The notes beneath the pieces are model-generated. The model did not search any database, had not been told where the DNA came from, and worked only from the letters and a program-made list of their open reading frames with translations. From the human T2T-CHM13v2.0 reference genome, Homo sapiens, in NCBI RefSeq assembly GCF_009914755.1, contig NC_060947.1: 64,000 bases of DNA. The stretch is one strand, 5' to 3'. Every line of letters starts with the position of its first letter. The stretch's first letter is position 1. The position numbers were made by a program, and so were the translations under genes. Shown here in pieces: positions 13,700-27,873 of this stretch.

Positions 13700-16600
13700 T
13701 TTGAGCCTTGATAATAAAAAAAAAAAAGAAAGTGACTTTTTTAATTTACCACAGATCAGGAACCTGTACGGAGACTGTGTGGACAAGGTATGAGACCAGC
13801 TTTCCCAAGGGGCTTTTATTGGCTCTAAAAGTCAACTTTGATTTCTTAAAAGGATCTGAAAGCACATCATTTCAGTCAAAACTTTGTTAAAATAACCAGT
13901 GTCTCCAAAAGTGTCCTATTACAAAAGTAAATAGATTCCTATTGCACTCATGCAAATATATTGCCATCAGTTAAAAATACTCACAGCTGGTTTCCAAATT
14001 TTTGCTAAATCAGGTGGAAAGAAATATGCACCAAATTTTGTTTATAAGAGCATACATTACTCAACAATTAAAAGCTACAAATAGCTCTAAAGAAAAGATT
14101 TTTTAGCTCTGAAAAACAAAGGATCAACAACGTTTTAAGCAAAAAATCATAAAATTATTTATCTCAGTCTTCTATTAGTTCAGTCTGTGCAAGTAACTCC
14201 TGTTTTGCTTGATATTCATGAACATTTCAGCTCTCCATGGGAGTCCTAAAAGTTTTTCTTCTATTCTAGTGTCACAGTTTCCAAAAACCTCCATTCAAGA
14301 GCACCCATCAGAGTCTGATATGGTTAGACTTTGTGTCCCAACCCAAAGCTCATCTTGAATTGTAATCCCCGGGTGTTTAGGAAGAGACCTGGTGGGAAGT
14401 GACTGGATTATTGGGGTGGTTTTTCCCACGTTGTTCTCATGAAAGGGAGCGAACTATCATGATGGTTTTTTAAATGGTAGTTTTTCTTGCGCTGACACAC
14501 ACTGTCTCTCTTGCCTGCTGCCATGTAAGACGTGCCTGCTTCCCTTTCCACTATGATTGTAAGTTTCCTGAGGCCTCTCCAGCCATGCAAAACTGTGAGT
14601 TAATTAAACCTCTTTGCTTTATAAATTACCCAGTCTTGGAAATTTTGTTATAGTAGTGTGAAAATGGATGGATACAGAGTCCTATGCTGATTACAAAACC
14701 ACCTTTTGGAAAGGATAACAGTAAAACAACTGTAGATGACAAAAGTCCTAAAACAGTTATAAAGGCACAATTGACAAGGAAATTTGGTTACTTCTGTGGC
14801 ATACAATGGTTTTACATAATAACCATAATTACTACTAATAACATGTGCTAAGACATAACAGAATCACAGGAATGTCATAGAATTCTGGAACACATACTAA
14901 TTACACATTTATAGAAATATAATCCAAAGAAGGTTAAATACTGTTTCATATTTGGCAATATTTCCTGTATGATTTTGTGATATCAAATAAGCTAAATATG
15001 TTTCTTTTTGAACTTCAGGTGACTAATATCAAAAAATTTATGAGAACCAAGTAAGAATTTGATTTTGGAAAATTTCTTAAATATAAAAAGTTTAAAAAAC
15101 TTGATATCACAAAATAGGATCAGAGGTCATTGTAAAATAAGTCATTCATTTAGCCAAAATGATAACAAAGATTTCAAAAAAAAAAAAAACGGTAAAAACC
15201 TTTATTCTTTGAGAGAGGAGACTTAATTTCCCAAACAATAAGCCCTAATAAAAACAACATGAGAACAATTAAATTTCTTTTTAAAATTGTATAATCTATA
15301 GAATTTTAATTATTTTGACCATAATACATAATTTCCATAAGCCTTTTTATAACCTTTATAACCTTTTATTAAGAAGTTGTTAATGCTCCAAGAAAATCTT
15401 ATTAATCGGACACAGGGGCCCATATGCTGGCCTTGCATCAGTGTGCCTTTGACATTAATGATTAATTTATAGAGAAAATGAACTTATTTTATCACTCAAA
15501 ATTGGCCCCTAAAATCTCACGTGCCCACCTCTTCTGTGATAGTCCCTGGGCCTTGAGTTGAATAGTTTTAATTTCTAGCCCTGTGTCTCATGAATGTAGT
15601 TTATTTTGATTGACACCTTCTACCAGGTCTGAGGTTGAGGTTTTACCTGCTGTCAATGTTTAAGATTTAGATCCAGGAGTCAAAGCCCCATAACTTAATG
15701 GCACAAGGCCTTTAAAAGCACATACAGAAAGTTACATGAATGTAATAATCTTAATTAAGAAAACAGTTTTTAATCTTAGTTTTTTTCTAAGCAAACTATA
15801 AAACTTAGTAATAATAACATATGAATTATTTCAATAAAGCTTAAAATCTGCTTATTAGGCCAGTTGCCCAAAGGCAAAAGAAAAGACCTTCTGCAGTGTG
15901 ACTCCTGTTTCCTATGGGGACTCCATTTAGAAAATCTACAAGTCAAAACTAATGAAAAGAGTATTTTAATTAGCTAGACATAGAAAGAGTGTTTCCTGGG
16001 TTATAAGTGCAAAATTTTGGATTCATAGAACAATTTAAAGCCAAGGGCATAGAATATTGTGTTAGAAATAAACATCTCCTTTAGACCTTTAAGATAAAAC
16101 GTTTTTAGCATTAGGCCACAACAGGTAGAACAACAATGACAAAAATAACTACAGAATCTGAAAATGAGTTGAAGGATAGAATTATTATTTCAGGCACTTT
16201 AAAAGCGGAGCTATAACAGAAAACAGTGAAATGCAGTAAGTTTAACTTTGTGTGATAAAAAATATATAACATCTTGTAATTTTATTAAGAGTAAAGCAAA
16301 TACCTTAGGAAAATTTTATTTTTCTAACCAATTATTTAGTGTATAAGTGATTCCTTTTTTAGTATCAAAACCTGACCTCTAGAAAGATCATTATAAATAA
16401 TTTCCCTTTACTTACAGACAACTTGATCATATAAAAGTTCTTTTTTCCATAAAATTTCTTATTATAACTTACACAGACCATTCATGACATGCTTGCACTT
16501 TCCAGTTTGTCTTGAACATTCCTCTTTCTTAAACAGTCATTTTATTCTAGGACAAAAATGTACCATACAAGATCCTTTCTCATGTAAAATTATTTTTCTT

Positions 16601-18747
16601 TAAGCTTTCTTACCAAAAATACCTCTTAATTTCTATAACATTCTTTACATTTCTTTTATTTCCTAGTTCCTTTTTCCTTGTTTTATACATAATCTTTAAA
16701 TACATTGAATTAGACAAAAAAATTCACTTTTTAATGAGTACACTAATTTTTAGAATGTTTTCCTACAATATGTATTTTTTAATTGGAAAATACCCATTAA
16801 ATGGAATATCTATTATTTAACTTTAGATTCTAAATTATAACAAGTTTTTCTATAAGTATTTATCCCATTACATTTACCTAATTATTTTATTTTTTATTCT
16901 TATTTTTTATTAAAGTTAAAAATAACTTTAATAACTTTAGATAATGACTTAGAGTTTTTTAACTGAGATTACTTTAATAAGAAATGAGAAAAAAATTACT
17001 TTAATCGTGGTAAAAAAATATGATAGTCATTATCTAAAGTTATTTTCTTGTCAACTATTTTACAGCCTAGGAATTTGAGGTTTTTACCTAAGAACCTTAA
17101 GATTAAATATATGGTTATTTTACCAAATAATTTAAGATTTAGCTGTTTTCATTATACCAATATTAATGTCTTATTTTTAAAAATTTTTACAAACAAAGAT
17201 TATTCTGTTTTGGCTGGGTTTACAGTTTAATAATATTTATGCCAAATTTTGACACCTTATAGTATTTGGCAGGGATAAGTATGAAATCACTTAATAGATA
17301 CAAACAAAAATTTATGCTGACAATTCTGAAGACATTTTTAACATTACTTAACCAATAATTGTAACACTAACTTATCAAAGATTTTACTTAAGTCCATGAA
17401 CTTGAAAAGCATTTGGGCTTATTATTTAATTTGTACTCTTTAAGCCAAATTTGCTACCTTGTGACCAAAAACACCTAATAAAATATGTGTATGTACACAC
17501 AAACACACACAAACACACTCCTACAAAGATCCTATAGCTTTTATTTTTCAGAACTCTATCCATGAGATATTAATACAAACTCACTGGCTTGCAAAAACAA
17601 TAACAAAAAAACAGTTGGATAAGAAAAAAAAATGGTTGGATGAAACTGGATTTTATCTCAGTAGGAAAGTAACCACAGACTTAAAGCAGGCAGAAAAGAA
17701 AGCAGATAGATAGAGAACGTAGGAACTTTATAGTTGCCGCTTGACCTTTGGGCTCTGGATTTTCCTTGATGTAATTTGCCCAACAGTTTAAAATATGCAC
17801 AAAAGCAGAACTAATGTGTAACTAGCTGGAATATTACAAAATGTGGCATGCCCTTCCACTGACAGAACCACTTGCAAGTAGTGGCTCCATAAAACCCAAC
17901 GAGGTGCCCAAGAGGGGCCATTCTCCTTGTCTTTCCTTACTCATAGATGATTTGTTTCCCGCATTTTTTTTTTAAAGGAGAATCTGAGCTGTGGCCTAGG
18001 TTTAGTGTGGTGGATTGACGTGTGCTGGTTGCGGGTGGGACTCCACAGTGTGTCACTACTGAGTCATTTTTGCCTTTTTACATGTCTCGTTTTCTCTTCC
18101 AGAGGTCTAGCACCTCTAGGAGGGCTCAAAGTGCACCAACTCTTATATGCACTTCTTGATTGAGCCTTTTTAAACTAATTGTTTTTGGGGTTCCCTGTAG
18201 GGCCACTGCAGGTTGCAGACTGTCAACACCCCAAACACTCCCACTTGGTTCCCAGTCAGCCAGGGGTGCCTTTCAGTTGGGAGTAGCAAAATGCCCTTTC
18301 TCTTTGGAACTGAAGAAACTCAGCCTCGCATTTATCTACAAAAACAGTTCAGTTCCTCATGCAAATGTGCAGACAAGCCAGTCAAGATTAATTTGGGCAG
18401 GAAAGGCAATGGAGAAGACTCTTTAGAATGCACCTCCAAATTCGAATTAGGATCCTAAGCAACAGCTTCCTAGGAGAAAAAAAAAAAAAAAAAGCTAAGA
18501 CTACTTCCTGTACACTATCCTCAACCACCTTTAACTTTGTAGCTCTTCTTTGCCACTACACACACCAAGGTCAAATCCTCTCACCGTACAAGGTTATCTC
18601 TGGTACCCCCAAAAGCCAAAGAAGTCAGGTAATGCAAATCCAGGAAAGCAGAGCTTTGAACCTAAGAAGAATCTGCTCATGATCCTTGAAACTCCTCAAA
18701 GAAAACAGAATATTCCCCAAAGGGGTGAGTTATTGGTTCTGAATTCT
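13700..18747 (-). mobile_element. MER4-group ERV1 internal region, non-coding and 3'-truncated
   Basis: Long AT-rich MER4-int-like sequence abutting the MER4A LTR; no second LTR on the left. Confidence 0.75.
14316..14676 (+). mobile_element. THE1D-like MaLR solo LTR inserted in MER4-int
   Basis: tgatatggttagactttgtgtcc...gataca; 5-bp TSD GAGTC at 14311-14315 and 14677-14681. Confidence 0.9.
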
Positions 18748-19333
18748 TTAACAAAAAGGCATATGAGACAGGTCTCAATTAATTTAGAAAGTTTATTTTG
18801 CCAAGGTTTAGGACCTTGACAAAGACTCAGGAGGACATGACGACACGTGTACAAGGTGGTCGGCACATAGTTTGGTTTTATACATTTTAGGGAGACATGA
18901 GATAGGAATCAATATATGTAAGCTGTACGTTGGTTCCATCCAGAAAGATAGAACAACTTGAAGTGGGAGGGGTCTTTCAGGTCACAGGTAGATAAGAGAC
19001 AAATGATTGCATTCTTTTGAGATTTTGAGAAGCACAATTTACAGGAAAGGTCACTTATGCCTTAGTCTGGCTTAGTCTGGCACAGGAAACAATCAGGTGT
19101 GCATTTGTCTCATGTAATCATAGGGATGACTTTGCGTTCTACCTGTCCTTTTTCCATAAGAAAAGAAATTTCCTTGTGGACAAATTGTGAGGGAGGTATG
19201 TAGCTTAAAAAAAAAAATCTTTGTAGCTATCTTATTTAGGAATAGAATGGGAGGCAGGTTTGCCCGACGTAGTTCCCAGCTTGACTTTTCCCTTTGGCTT
19301 AGTGATTTTAGGGAGATTTATTTTTCTTTCACA
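18748..19333 (-). mobile_element. MER4A LTR (5' LTR of the provirus)
   Basis: gagacaggtctcaattaatttagaaagtttattttgccaagg...tttatttttctttcaca. Confidence 0.88.
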
Positions 19334-20089
19334 ATGTTAATTTAGCATTAAAATTCTGATACAGAAAACAGTGTTTCACTGTGAGGTCTATCGGACAGGA
19401 TGACCCCACATCCAGTTTAATACCTGCTATCCCAGCATAATCCTGAAGAGCACCAGCTTTCAGTCTCAGTAAAATCCCACTTAGGTAGGTAAATTATACA
19501 GTCACATTGTTATTAACCCTAGTATACTCCTTTAAGTTTATTTACAACAGAATCTGGCAAAATGCAGCCTCTGGATTTTATCTTACCCTGCCGATTCCAT
19601 CATACAGTCAACCAAATATTACTTTATGCACATCTGATTCAAATGGGCAAACTACAAACTCCATGTTCATATTTTTAAAGCCATTACTCAATCCTAATTT
19701 GAAAAGACAGAACATAGGAGAAATCATTTCCACAGGAAAATATCAAGAAACTATGTGCCACACATCCTGGGACAACTGTAGCAGAAATTAGAAATTAAAA
19801 GTGTGCTAGTCACGAACCAGGAGCATCCCCAATCCAGTATTCTGGCGCCTGCTATCTAGAAGAGGATTGAAGCGGCCATTTGTTTTTAGTAAATAAATAT
19901 TTCAAAAAGCATACATGAGAATTATTATTTTTATCAGCTAAAAAGAGCTCCATGGAAAAATCTATTAGCAAAATAAGTGACAAGTGACAGTGTTTGACAA
20001 CTTTCAAATAATCTACACTTACATAGTTTTAAATGGTACTTGTATTAGCTTGGCCATTGTTTTGATAACAGAATAAAGAATGACATTAC

Positions 20090-20310
20090 TGAGGAACAAT
20101 GTGTCATAAGAAAAGAGCATAACTCTTAAAGTCAGACAAATCTAGGTTCAAATTTCAGTTCAATCACTTAATAGCAGTGTGGTCTCTGAGCCTCAGTTTC
20201 CTCAACTATAATATGGGAAAATAGCACCTACCAAAATAAGTTGTTGAGAATAATAAATGAGATTTTATTTATGAAGTGTCTAGCATACAGAAAGTATGCA
20301 ATGAATAGTT
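20090..20310 (+). mobile_element. MIR SINE
   Basis: agtcagacaaatctaggttcaaat...ctctgagcctcagtttcctca. Confidence 0.85.
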
Positions 20311-20318
20311 ATTAATAT

Positions 20319-20478
20319 ATTTTATTTACTTATTTATTTGTTAACATACTTTAAGTTCTAGGGCACATGTGCACAACATGCAGGTTTGTTACATAAGTAT
20401 ACATGTGCCATGTTGGTGTGCTGCACCCATTAACTCGTTATTTACATTAGGTATATCTCCTCATAAAAAGAATGAAGC
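20319..20478 (-). mobile_element. Short L1PA 3' end
   Basis: tactttaagttctagggcacatgtgcacaacatgcagg; TSD TAGTTATTAATAT at 20306-20318 and 20479-20491. Confidence 0.92.
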
Positions 20479-21393
20479 TAGTTATTAATATTTTAAGAAA
20501 CACTTTAAAATATCTTACAGATATACATCTACAAAGTTATACCACAGTTTAAAAATTCTTATCAATTGAGTTTAATATAGTAACTCATGGTATCTTCAAT
20601 AGCCACCTAGGTGTTCAATGACATAGTGATGAAGGAATCATATTTTTTCCTTCCAAGTTCATTATAATTTTTACTTCCATTACACAAGAGCATAAACACC
20701 CAGTAAAAAAAGTTACTTGAAACAATAGATGTATTAAAACTGGATATTAACCTTCAGGATGCTAAGGACCTAGGTATGCTTTCTCTTTCTCTTCCCATTG
20801 AATTCATTTAATCAATCAAGGGTTTTTTTGGCAAATTGTGGCAACAACTTATATTTATTATGTAAAAATATCTATATTTGGCCATCTTTCATTAAACCAT
20901 CACAAATTGACTATTTTTTGGCTGAAGAAAATAGATTTTATGAAATCATGTTGATTCCACAAGCATCAAATACTTGGACAAAAGTATTACACTGATTGTA
21001 GGATAATATTCATGATATACGTATCATGAAATTCATCTAAAAAGTAAAAGAGAATTATAATATAAATGTTGATGATTTTGGCATAAATATTAGACTCGAG
21101 TACCAAACTGTTCCCTGTTTATTCAAACACTAAATATATGTTACATACGAGAAGTGAGGCTAAGAACTGTGAAGTAGCCTTTTTTTTTTTTTGACAGTAA
21201 GGAATGTTGTTATTCTTTTCTGAATCCTCAACATCTAACAGAGTACTTAGTACTTCATTCTGACAAGTCACTATATATCAACTGTGTAATTATGTAAGAG
21301 AAGTAAAAACAAAATACTGCGAGAGTTTATAGTGGGGAATATTGCCTTAGAGTTTTCCAGCTTGAGTGTGCATGTCAGCCTACATACAGTACT

Positions 21394-21760
21394 CTGATGG
21401 TTAGTTTTGTATGTCAACCTGACTGGGCGACAGGTATTTAATCAAACACTAATCTAGGTGTTGCTGTGGAGGTATAATGATTATTAACATCTCTAATCAG
21501 CAGACATTAAATAAAAGAGATTATATTTGATAATATAGGTAGGCCTCATCCAATCAGTTGAAATACCTTAAGAGCAAAACTAAGGTTTCCCTGACAAGGA
21601 AATTCTACTTCCTCACTCCTGTCTGAGAGTCCCAGACTTCAGATTTTCAAGCCCCAACAATTGCATTAGCCCATGTCTTGAAAGAAATGTGTGTGTGTGT
21701 CTGTGTGTGTGTGTGTGGGGGGGGGGGTGTTTCAATAATCCTTTCTGTCTGGAAAGCCTT
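21394..21760 (+). mobile_element. MLT2 (C/D-like) ERVL LTR with internal (TG)n
   Basis: tgatggttagttttgtatgtcaacctgactggg...ggcctcatccaatcagttgaa. Confidence 0.8.
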
Positions 21761-21939
21761 CAGTGAAAAAATAAATTAACAGCAAAATAGTGCCAGTATT
21801 TCACCTAAACAACCACTAGGCAAGTTCCTTAATGCATTGACTCAAGAATATTTAAGTTTGAGAGATGGTATTATACCCTAGTAATGAATAGACAAAGTAA
21901 TTTTGGAGCTTGAAAAAAAATACTTTTGAAAAGAGTTGA

Positions 21940-22190
21940 GTACACAGGAGAGGGTATCCGGCCGTGGACTTCAATAAAACTCAGTAGAGATTCCAATCTT
22001 GTCATTTACTGGCTTAATGACCTTAGGCAAGATCTTAAATCCCTGATAAACCTTATTTTCTTCAATTTAAATTGGAATAATAAAATGAAGCCAACCACAG
22101 AGGTTTGTTAGGAAGGTTTAACTTAACGATTTATACCTCCAAATAGGTTTAGCAAGTATGTGGCATATATAGGAGTTCAATAAATGGTAA
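21940..22190 (+). mobile_element. MIR SINE
   Basis: tgaccttaggcaag...cttaa...ggagttcaataaatggtaac. Confidence 0.75.
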
Positions 22191-22314
22191 CTACAACTAA
22201 AATAATTTGAGTTTATAGCTTATAATTGTCATATGATGTTAAAATAAAACAGATAACTCCACAACATGTGAATATGTGTACACATACGTAAGTACGTATA
22301 TTCTAAAATGCAAT

Positions 22315-22398
22315 TTAATACATGAATTTACCTATGCAAAAAAACCTGCACATGTACCCCTGAACCTAAAAGCTTTTTTAAAAAAAAAAAAGAAAAGA
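22315..22398 (+). mobile_element. Very short old L1PA 3' end with A tail
   Basis: tttacctatg...aaacctgcacatgtacccctgaacctaaaa followed by poly-A. Confidence 0.75.
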
Positions 22399-23431
22399 AA
22401 TATAGACATCATTTAACCCAATAATTTGAAACCCTGGCTGGACATCGGAATCATTGAAATGGATTTTAAATAATGTATGATTACAAGGTGCCCCAGCTCT
22501 CCTTTCTCTCACCCTCTCTCCTCCTCCCACTTACAATTCTGACTCCCACATGCTTCTAATGTACAGCCAATGTTGAGAAGCAATCATTTGATGCATATGG
22601 GGAAAGTGAGGTTGGGAATTAATTGGTTCAGTGAAGGTTATGTCTTATTAGGAGCATTACAACTCTAGCATCCTCCTGTTGGCAACAGAGGACAACATTC
22701 TTCTGAGGCTACAGTGAAGAGCCTAGTTTACATTGATGGGGATAACTACTATGTTGACTTGCTGTTGACCCATCCACTTTAAAAATTAGCATGCCTCCTT
22801 ATGAGTTTGCTTTGCTCAATTTATAGACTGGCTCGCCTTGAGCAGTTCTACCGCTTCTTTAAGCACCTGTGGAGTGTAGGGTCAAATAAATTATCTTGCT
22901 ACTTTCAGTATAGCTGGGCTGTCAGAATACTGGAATAACAGAGCATATTCTTCCTGTCATCAGTGCTCCACTCAACCTTTTAATTGCTTATAATCTAGGG
23001 ATGAAGCAGTGGAAAGACTGTCTATTGAAAGCGGATAAAGTGTCCCACAGAATAATGTTAAACGTTAGTCTAATTGGCACTGGCCAAAAGTATGATGCTA
23101 CCACTGTGCAAATAGTGATGATATTTCCTGGTGTACTTAGCACAGGCCAGAATATTGGCATTCTTTTGCCACAGCAGCACCTTGACCTAGAAGAACACAT
23201 ACAAATTTTAAAATGTTGGTTTCTTAATTTTAAACAGGGACTGCAAATGGATTTAGAAAAAATAAAATACCTAATGTCACCTCTATAATCTAGCGATATG
23301 AATGGCTTTTCTATTTATCCACATGCCATCTATACATGTATGTTCAGTGTGCACACAAAATAAATTTTACAGTTATAATTACTGTATATGCAATTTTGAG
23401 TTTTACTTTCCCTTCATAAGTATTTTCTAAG

Positions 23432-23655
23432 TGAAGGGTCTGCAAACTCTTTCTATAAAAGGCCATATAGTAGATATTGTATGCTTTACAATTATGTACT
23501 CTGTCATAACTACTCACCTCTACCTTTTGTCACACAAAAGCAGCCATACAAGATACATAAAGGAATGGCATTTGTGTGTTCCAATAAAATTATGTTTACA
23601 AAAACCGGTCATGGGATTGATTTGGCTCACGTTGGCCATAGTTTGTTGACCCTGT
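23432..23655 (+). mobile_element. MER58A DNA transposon
   Basis: agggtctgcaaact...gtgttccaataaaattatgtttacaaaaac...ggccatagtttgttgaccctg. Confidence 0.88.
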
Positions 23656-25115
23656 AGTAACATGGTCCTCATATTCGCCATCTTTAATGGCCACATAATA
23701 TTATATTTGAGAAATTAACTTTTTGAGCATTGTTTTATTGCTGAGCATTTCGTTTATTTTTTCTGTGTATGGATATTAAAATAAATAATGGGAATTATAA
23801 AAAATGTTTTGATGAGAAATAGTTTATTCTCAGTTTGTACTAGTTTTCTTAACACAAATTTAAATTTGACAGATTCAATGACTAGAACAAAAGGTGCAGA
23901 ATTTATATTATTTCAAATTGTTCTAATTGAACTGAATTTCACACCATCAGTAATATATACCTGTTTTTGCACAGTTTTGTCAACATCAGATTTTACTTTA
24001 ATGGAAGCACATTATTATTTGAGAAGACTCCAAAATCCACCTCTTATAGGTGAGTTATCTATGGCGACAGGATACTCAGTTACTTATAGTTAAGGGGAAG
24101 GCAAAGAGTGGGACTAGGTTTTCTGAGCGCCATTCCCCACTTCAGCATGCTTCATCATAAGAGCCACTGCTCTCCACAAACTAGCAAAAGAAATTGCGGA
24201 TTATTTTTCCTTCTTTGTCTTAAAACTGTGTCATATTATTCATACTGATTTGCTGTGGCTCATGAAGAAATACCACACACCCTGAGATGTATAAGAATGC
24301 GGTGGGGACTTGGATTTGTCAAATATTTTAGTAAGGTCACTTTTATACCCAATGTTCAGAGGTAAAATAGGACTCAACCAGTGTAAGATAAGATATGATA
24401 AGCTTTATTTCCAGAATTTAAAGGAAGTCACTGAAGTAAAACTGACTGTGAGATGTAAAAGCCATTGCTAAGGATAGTGAAGTACAAATGTTACTTTTTA
24501 TTATTTTTATTTATTTAAGCTCAATAGATGCAAATGAGTAGTACCTGATAAATGAGAAAGAAAGGTCAACTTTTGATAAGGGGAATAATATCTCAAGTGA
24601 GTCACTTTTAAGATATTCAGCCTTTACTTCTGTTAGCCTTAGTGGATATGGTCCTCTACATCCTTCCTGCCACCTTGCATATTGCCTCTTGTAAAAAAAA
24701 AAAATCACCACATTCCACTGATATATCATTAAGTCAAAGAACAGTAGATATAACTGCTTCCATGTGAGCCAAACTCAGAGAGTTGAGAAAATAGTTGAAC
24801 TTTTTTGGGGGTCGGAAGGGTACCACTAATTTGATCCAGAAGATACTGGGGGAAAGGAGGCCCTTCACTCATTGAAAATACAGCATTCAGAGGGAAGAAT
24901 TGGCAACAGGAACTTGGTCACAGGGAAATCCAGGAAGTGGTAAGCAGAGTTTTCTGGAGGATAGGTGGAGCACAATTTAAAAACAAAAAACAGAAACAAA
25001 AACCAATGGGTAATGTACAACCAAAAAGAGAGCCCAGAGAGCCATCTAGCTGCAGGAATTTGGCATGAAGTTCAGGGTTGAGGTTGGGATTCAGGGACAG
25101 GGTTCCAGACCTATA

Positions 25116-25121
25116 TGTGTG

Positions 25122-25172
<51 letters not shown>
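25116..25172. repeat. (TG)n microsatellite
   Basis: Direct reading. Confidence 0.97.
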
Positions 25173-25175
<3 letters not shown>

Positions 25176-25309
25176 GGGTGGTGGGAACATGCAAAGATTG
25201 AGTGAACAAAATCTTTTCTAGGTGACAGGAATTAACCAGCTCACCAAGGCTGGAAATGGTCAGCATAAGAGCAGAGATCAATGGTAAAAGGCATCCTGAT
25301 TGTGGAGAC

Positions 25310-25550
25310 ACTAAGTACTAGAGCCACACTACCTGAGTTCAAATCCCAGCTCCAACACTTACCAGTTGTATGATCTCAGGGAAGTTATGTACGCTCTCAG
25401 TGCCTCAGTTTCCTCATCTGTAAGAGGGAGAATAAAAGTATTCATATCATAGAACTTTAGTGAGGATCAAATTAGTTTATATATATTTAAATGTTATATA
25501 TATTTGTAAAAGTTCCTGGCATATATGCTCTATGTGGATTTATTATTATA
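25310..25550 (+). mobile_element. MIR SINE
   Basis: gagttcaaatcccagctcc...gtgcctcagtttcctcatctgtaa. Confidence 0.88.
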
Positions 25551-25700
25551 TGCAGCTTCCCAAAATATCTGAGCAAAGACAGACTAAGACAGAATCTGCA
25601 AATACGGGTCAGAAGAATCCAGGGTTCCTTCCTCCACCAAACCAGTCTCCTGCCTTTCAGTTTCCTGATCAAGTTTTACCTGATCAATGTCAGTTGTCTG

Positions 25701-26097
25701 TGATATAGTTTGATTATTTGTCCCTTCCAAATCTCAGGTTGAAATGTGACCCCCAATGTTGGAAATGGGGCCAAGTGGGATGTGTTTGAGTCATGGGGGT
25801 GGATCCCTCAAGAATGGCTTGATCCCCTCCCTATATTAATGTGTTCACAAGAGACCTGGTTGTTAAAAAGAGCCTAGCACCTCCCTCCTCTTTCTTGCTC
25901 CTTCTCTTGCCAAGTGACATGCAGGCTCCCCTTGCCTTCTGCCACGAATAAAAGCTTCCTGAGGCCTCGCCAAAAGCAGACGTGGTTGCCATGTTTCTTG
26001 TACAGTCTGCATAACTATGAGCCAAATAAACCTTTTTTTTTAAATAAATTACTCAGTGTCAGGTATTCCTTATAGCAATGCAAAGCAAACTAATTAA
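25701..26097 (+). mobile_element. MSTB-like MaLR solo LTR
   Basis: tgatatagtttg...ggatccctca...; TSD GTCTG at 25696-25700 and 26098-26102. Confidence 0.9.
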
Positions 26098-27478
26098 GTC
26101 TGCATGTTACTCCATTATGTCTTCTACCATGGTATGCCCTTTTTCAAACAATGCACTATTGAGTAGACCTCTTTGGTACCTCCTGATGGGGCATGTGCTC
26201 AAGTTATAGGAACTAGAAGGTGCATGGTGCTCTTTATTAACCAGGAGCTTGGTGAACAGAATGTTTATAATGGTCCAAAAATGACATTAACATAGTTGTC
26301 CTGCTTCTCTGGGTTTCCCTAAAGCCAGTGTCGAGTAAATTTACGTCTTGGAAATTAATCCCTAGAATGTATGAGGAAGAGACCAAGCAGTGAGGTCAAG
26401 CAGCCCCCAAATACAAACAGGCCACAGGTGACTTAACAATGAAAATAATCCAACCAAAACTGAATCCAGTGGAATTTTGAAGAATTTACCTAAATGGTGA
26501 GAACAGTCTCTGTCTTTTCAAACTTTTTCTGACTTGTTTGAAGCAAGTCTCAAAATGCAAACACGGAGCTCAGGAATGAATACTGGAGGGCTCTGACAGC
26601 ATCAGCAAGCCAGACGTAGACATTTCAGGGTCGGTTGTGTTTGTTGAATCTTTTGTTACCAGATGTTAATAGAGAGGTAAAACATTAAAAAAAATACGTG
26701 GCCCCTTGTCACATCAATTTTATATATGTGTGTGATATATCACCATTTTGTTTCCAGATGAAAGAGAGTAGATACTAAGTAGGCAAATGCAATTTATATT
26801 AGAAAAATAACCTGTGTTTGATTAAATAAATCTAATGATCAGTACTATACTTTATTTGTAAACTTACCAGTAATAATTTTGTTTATAAGGCTATGTCCTT
26901 TATAAAATTTTATGAATACTAGAATGTATTACTCAATGAGCTATTTTATTGAGCAGTTATTATATTCAGGACAGCATACTTTTTTATCAATACAGAAATA
27001 ACTGCCAGCAACCTGGAAGTATTATTGCAGGCCTTGTCTTGTGGGACACTACAAAAGTTAGCCATTTCTGCCTATCAAACAACAATTTAGTAAAATTGCA
27101 TTCATACTGCAAGACACTGAATTATCAATGAGCTCTAAATACCACTAAATTCACATCAAGATAGATAAACACTACTATCTTGTCAGTTGTACTTATTTTC
27201 TTCATCCTCAAGAAGCTGTCATCGAGGCCATGTTCATGTGTTTTGAAATAACCACAGTTGAAGAGAGACTTATTTATTGTTCTAGGTGCATTCTTATGGC
27301 CAATTCCTGTGGATTTGTACTCAGTGCCAAAGCAGAATGAGTAATGAAATACCTATCCCAATAGGTAGCGAGCAATCTAAGAGTAAGAGCCGTGTCTTGT
27401 TTATCTGTTTTGACTGGCTTAGAGTCTAGCAGTTACTTAGAGTGAGAGATAGTGAATGTATATTAAGACCAAGGCACT

Positions 27479-27873
27479 TGTTATGGCTGAATTGTGGCCC
27501 CTCAACCCGAAGTTTATTACTTATGTTGAAGTCCTAACGCCCAGTATTTCAGAATGTGACCATATATGGAGACAGAATCTTTACAGATACAATTAAGTTA
27601 AAATTAGGTCATTAGTGTGGACCCTAATACAATAAGACTGATGTCCTTATAAGAATAGATTAGGACATAGACACGCAAAGAGGGAATATCATGTGAAGAC
27701 ACATGGAGAAGATGACCATCTACTGGCCAAAGAGAGGTCCCCAAAAGGAACCAACCCCACTGACACCTTGATTTCAGACTTCTAGCCTCCAGAAATGAGA
27801 GGAAAAGAATTTCTGTTATTTAAGTCACCTAGTCTGTGGTACTTTATTATAGCAGCCTTAGCAAACTAATACA
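27479..27873 (+). mobile_element. MLT1B-like MaLR solo LTR
   Basis: tgttatggctgaattgtg...gcaaactaataca; TSD GCACT at 27474-27478 and 27874-27878. Confidence 0.9.

Noticed and set aside
23001-23288. 95-aa ATG-initiated ORF in apparently unique DNA
   Set aside because: No recognisable domain or splice context; the DNA weakly resembles an old CR1/L3 remnant
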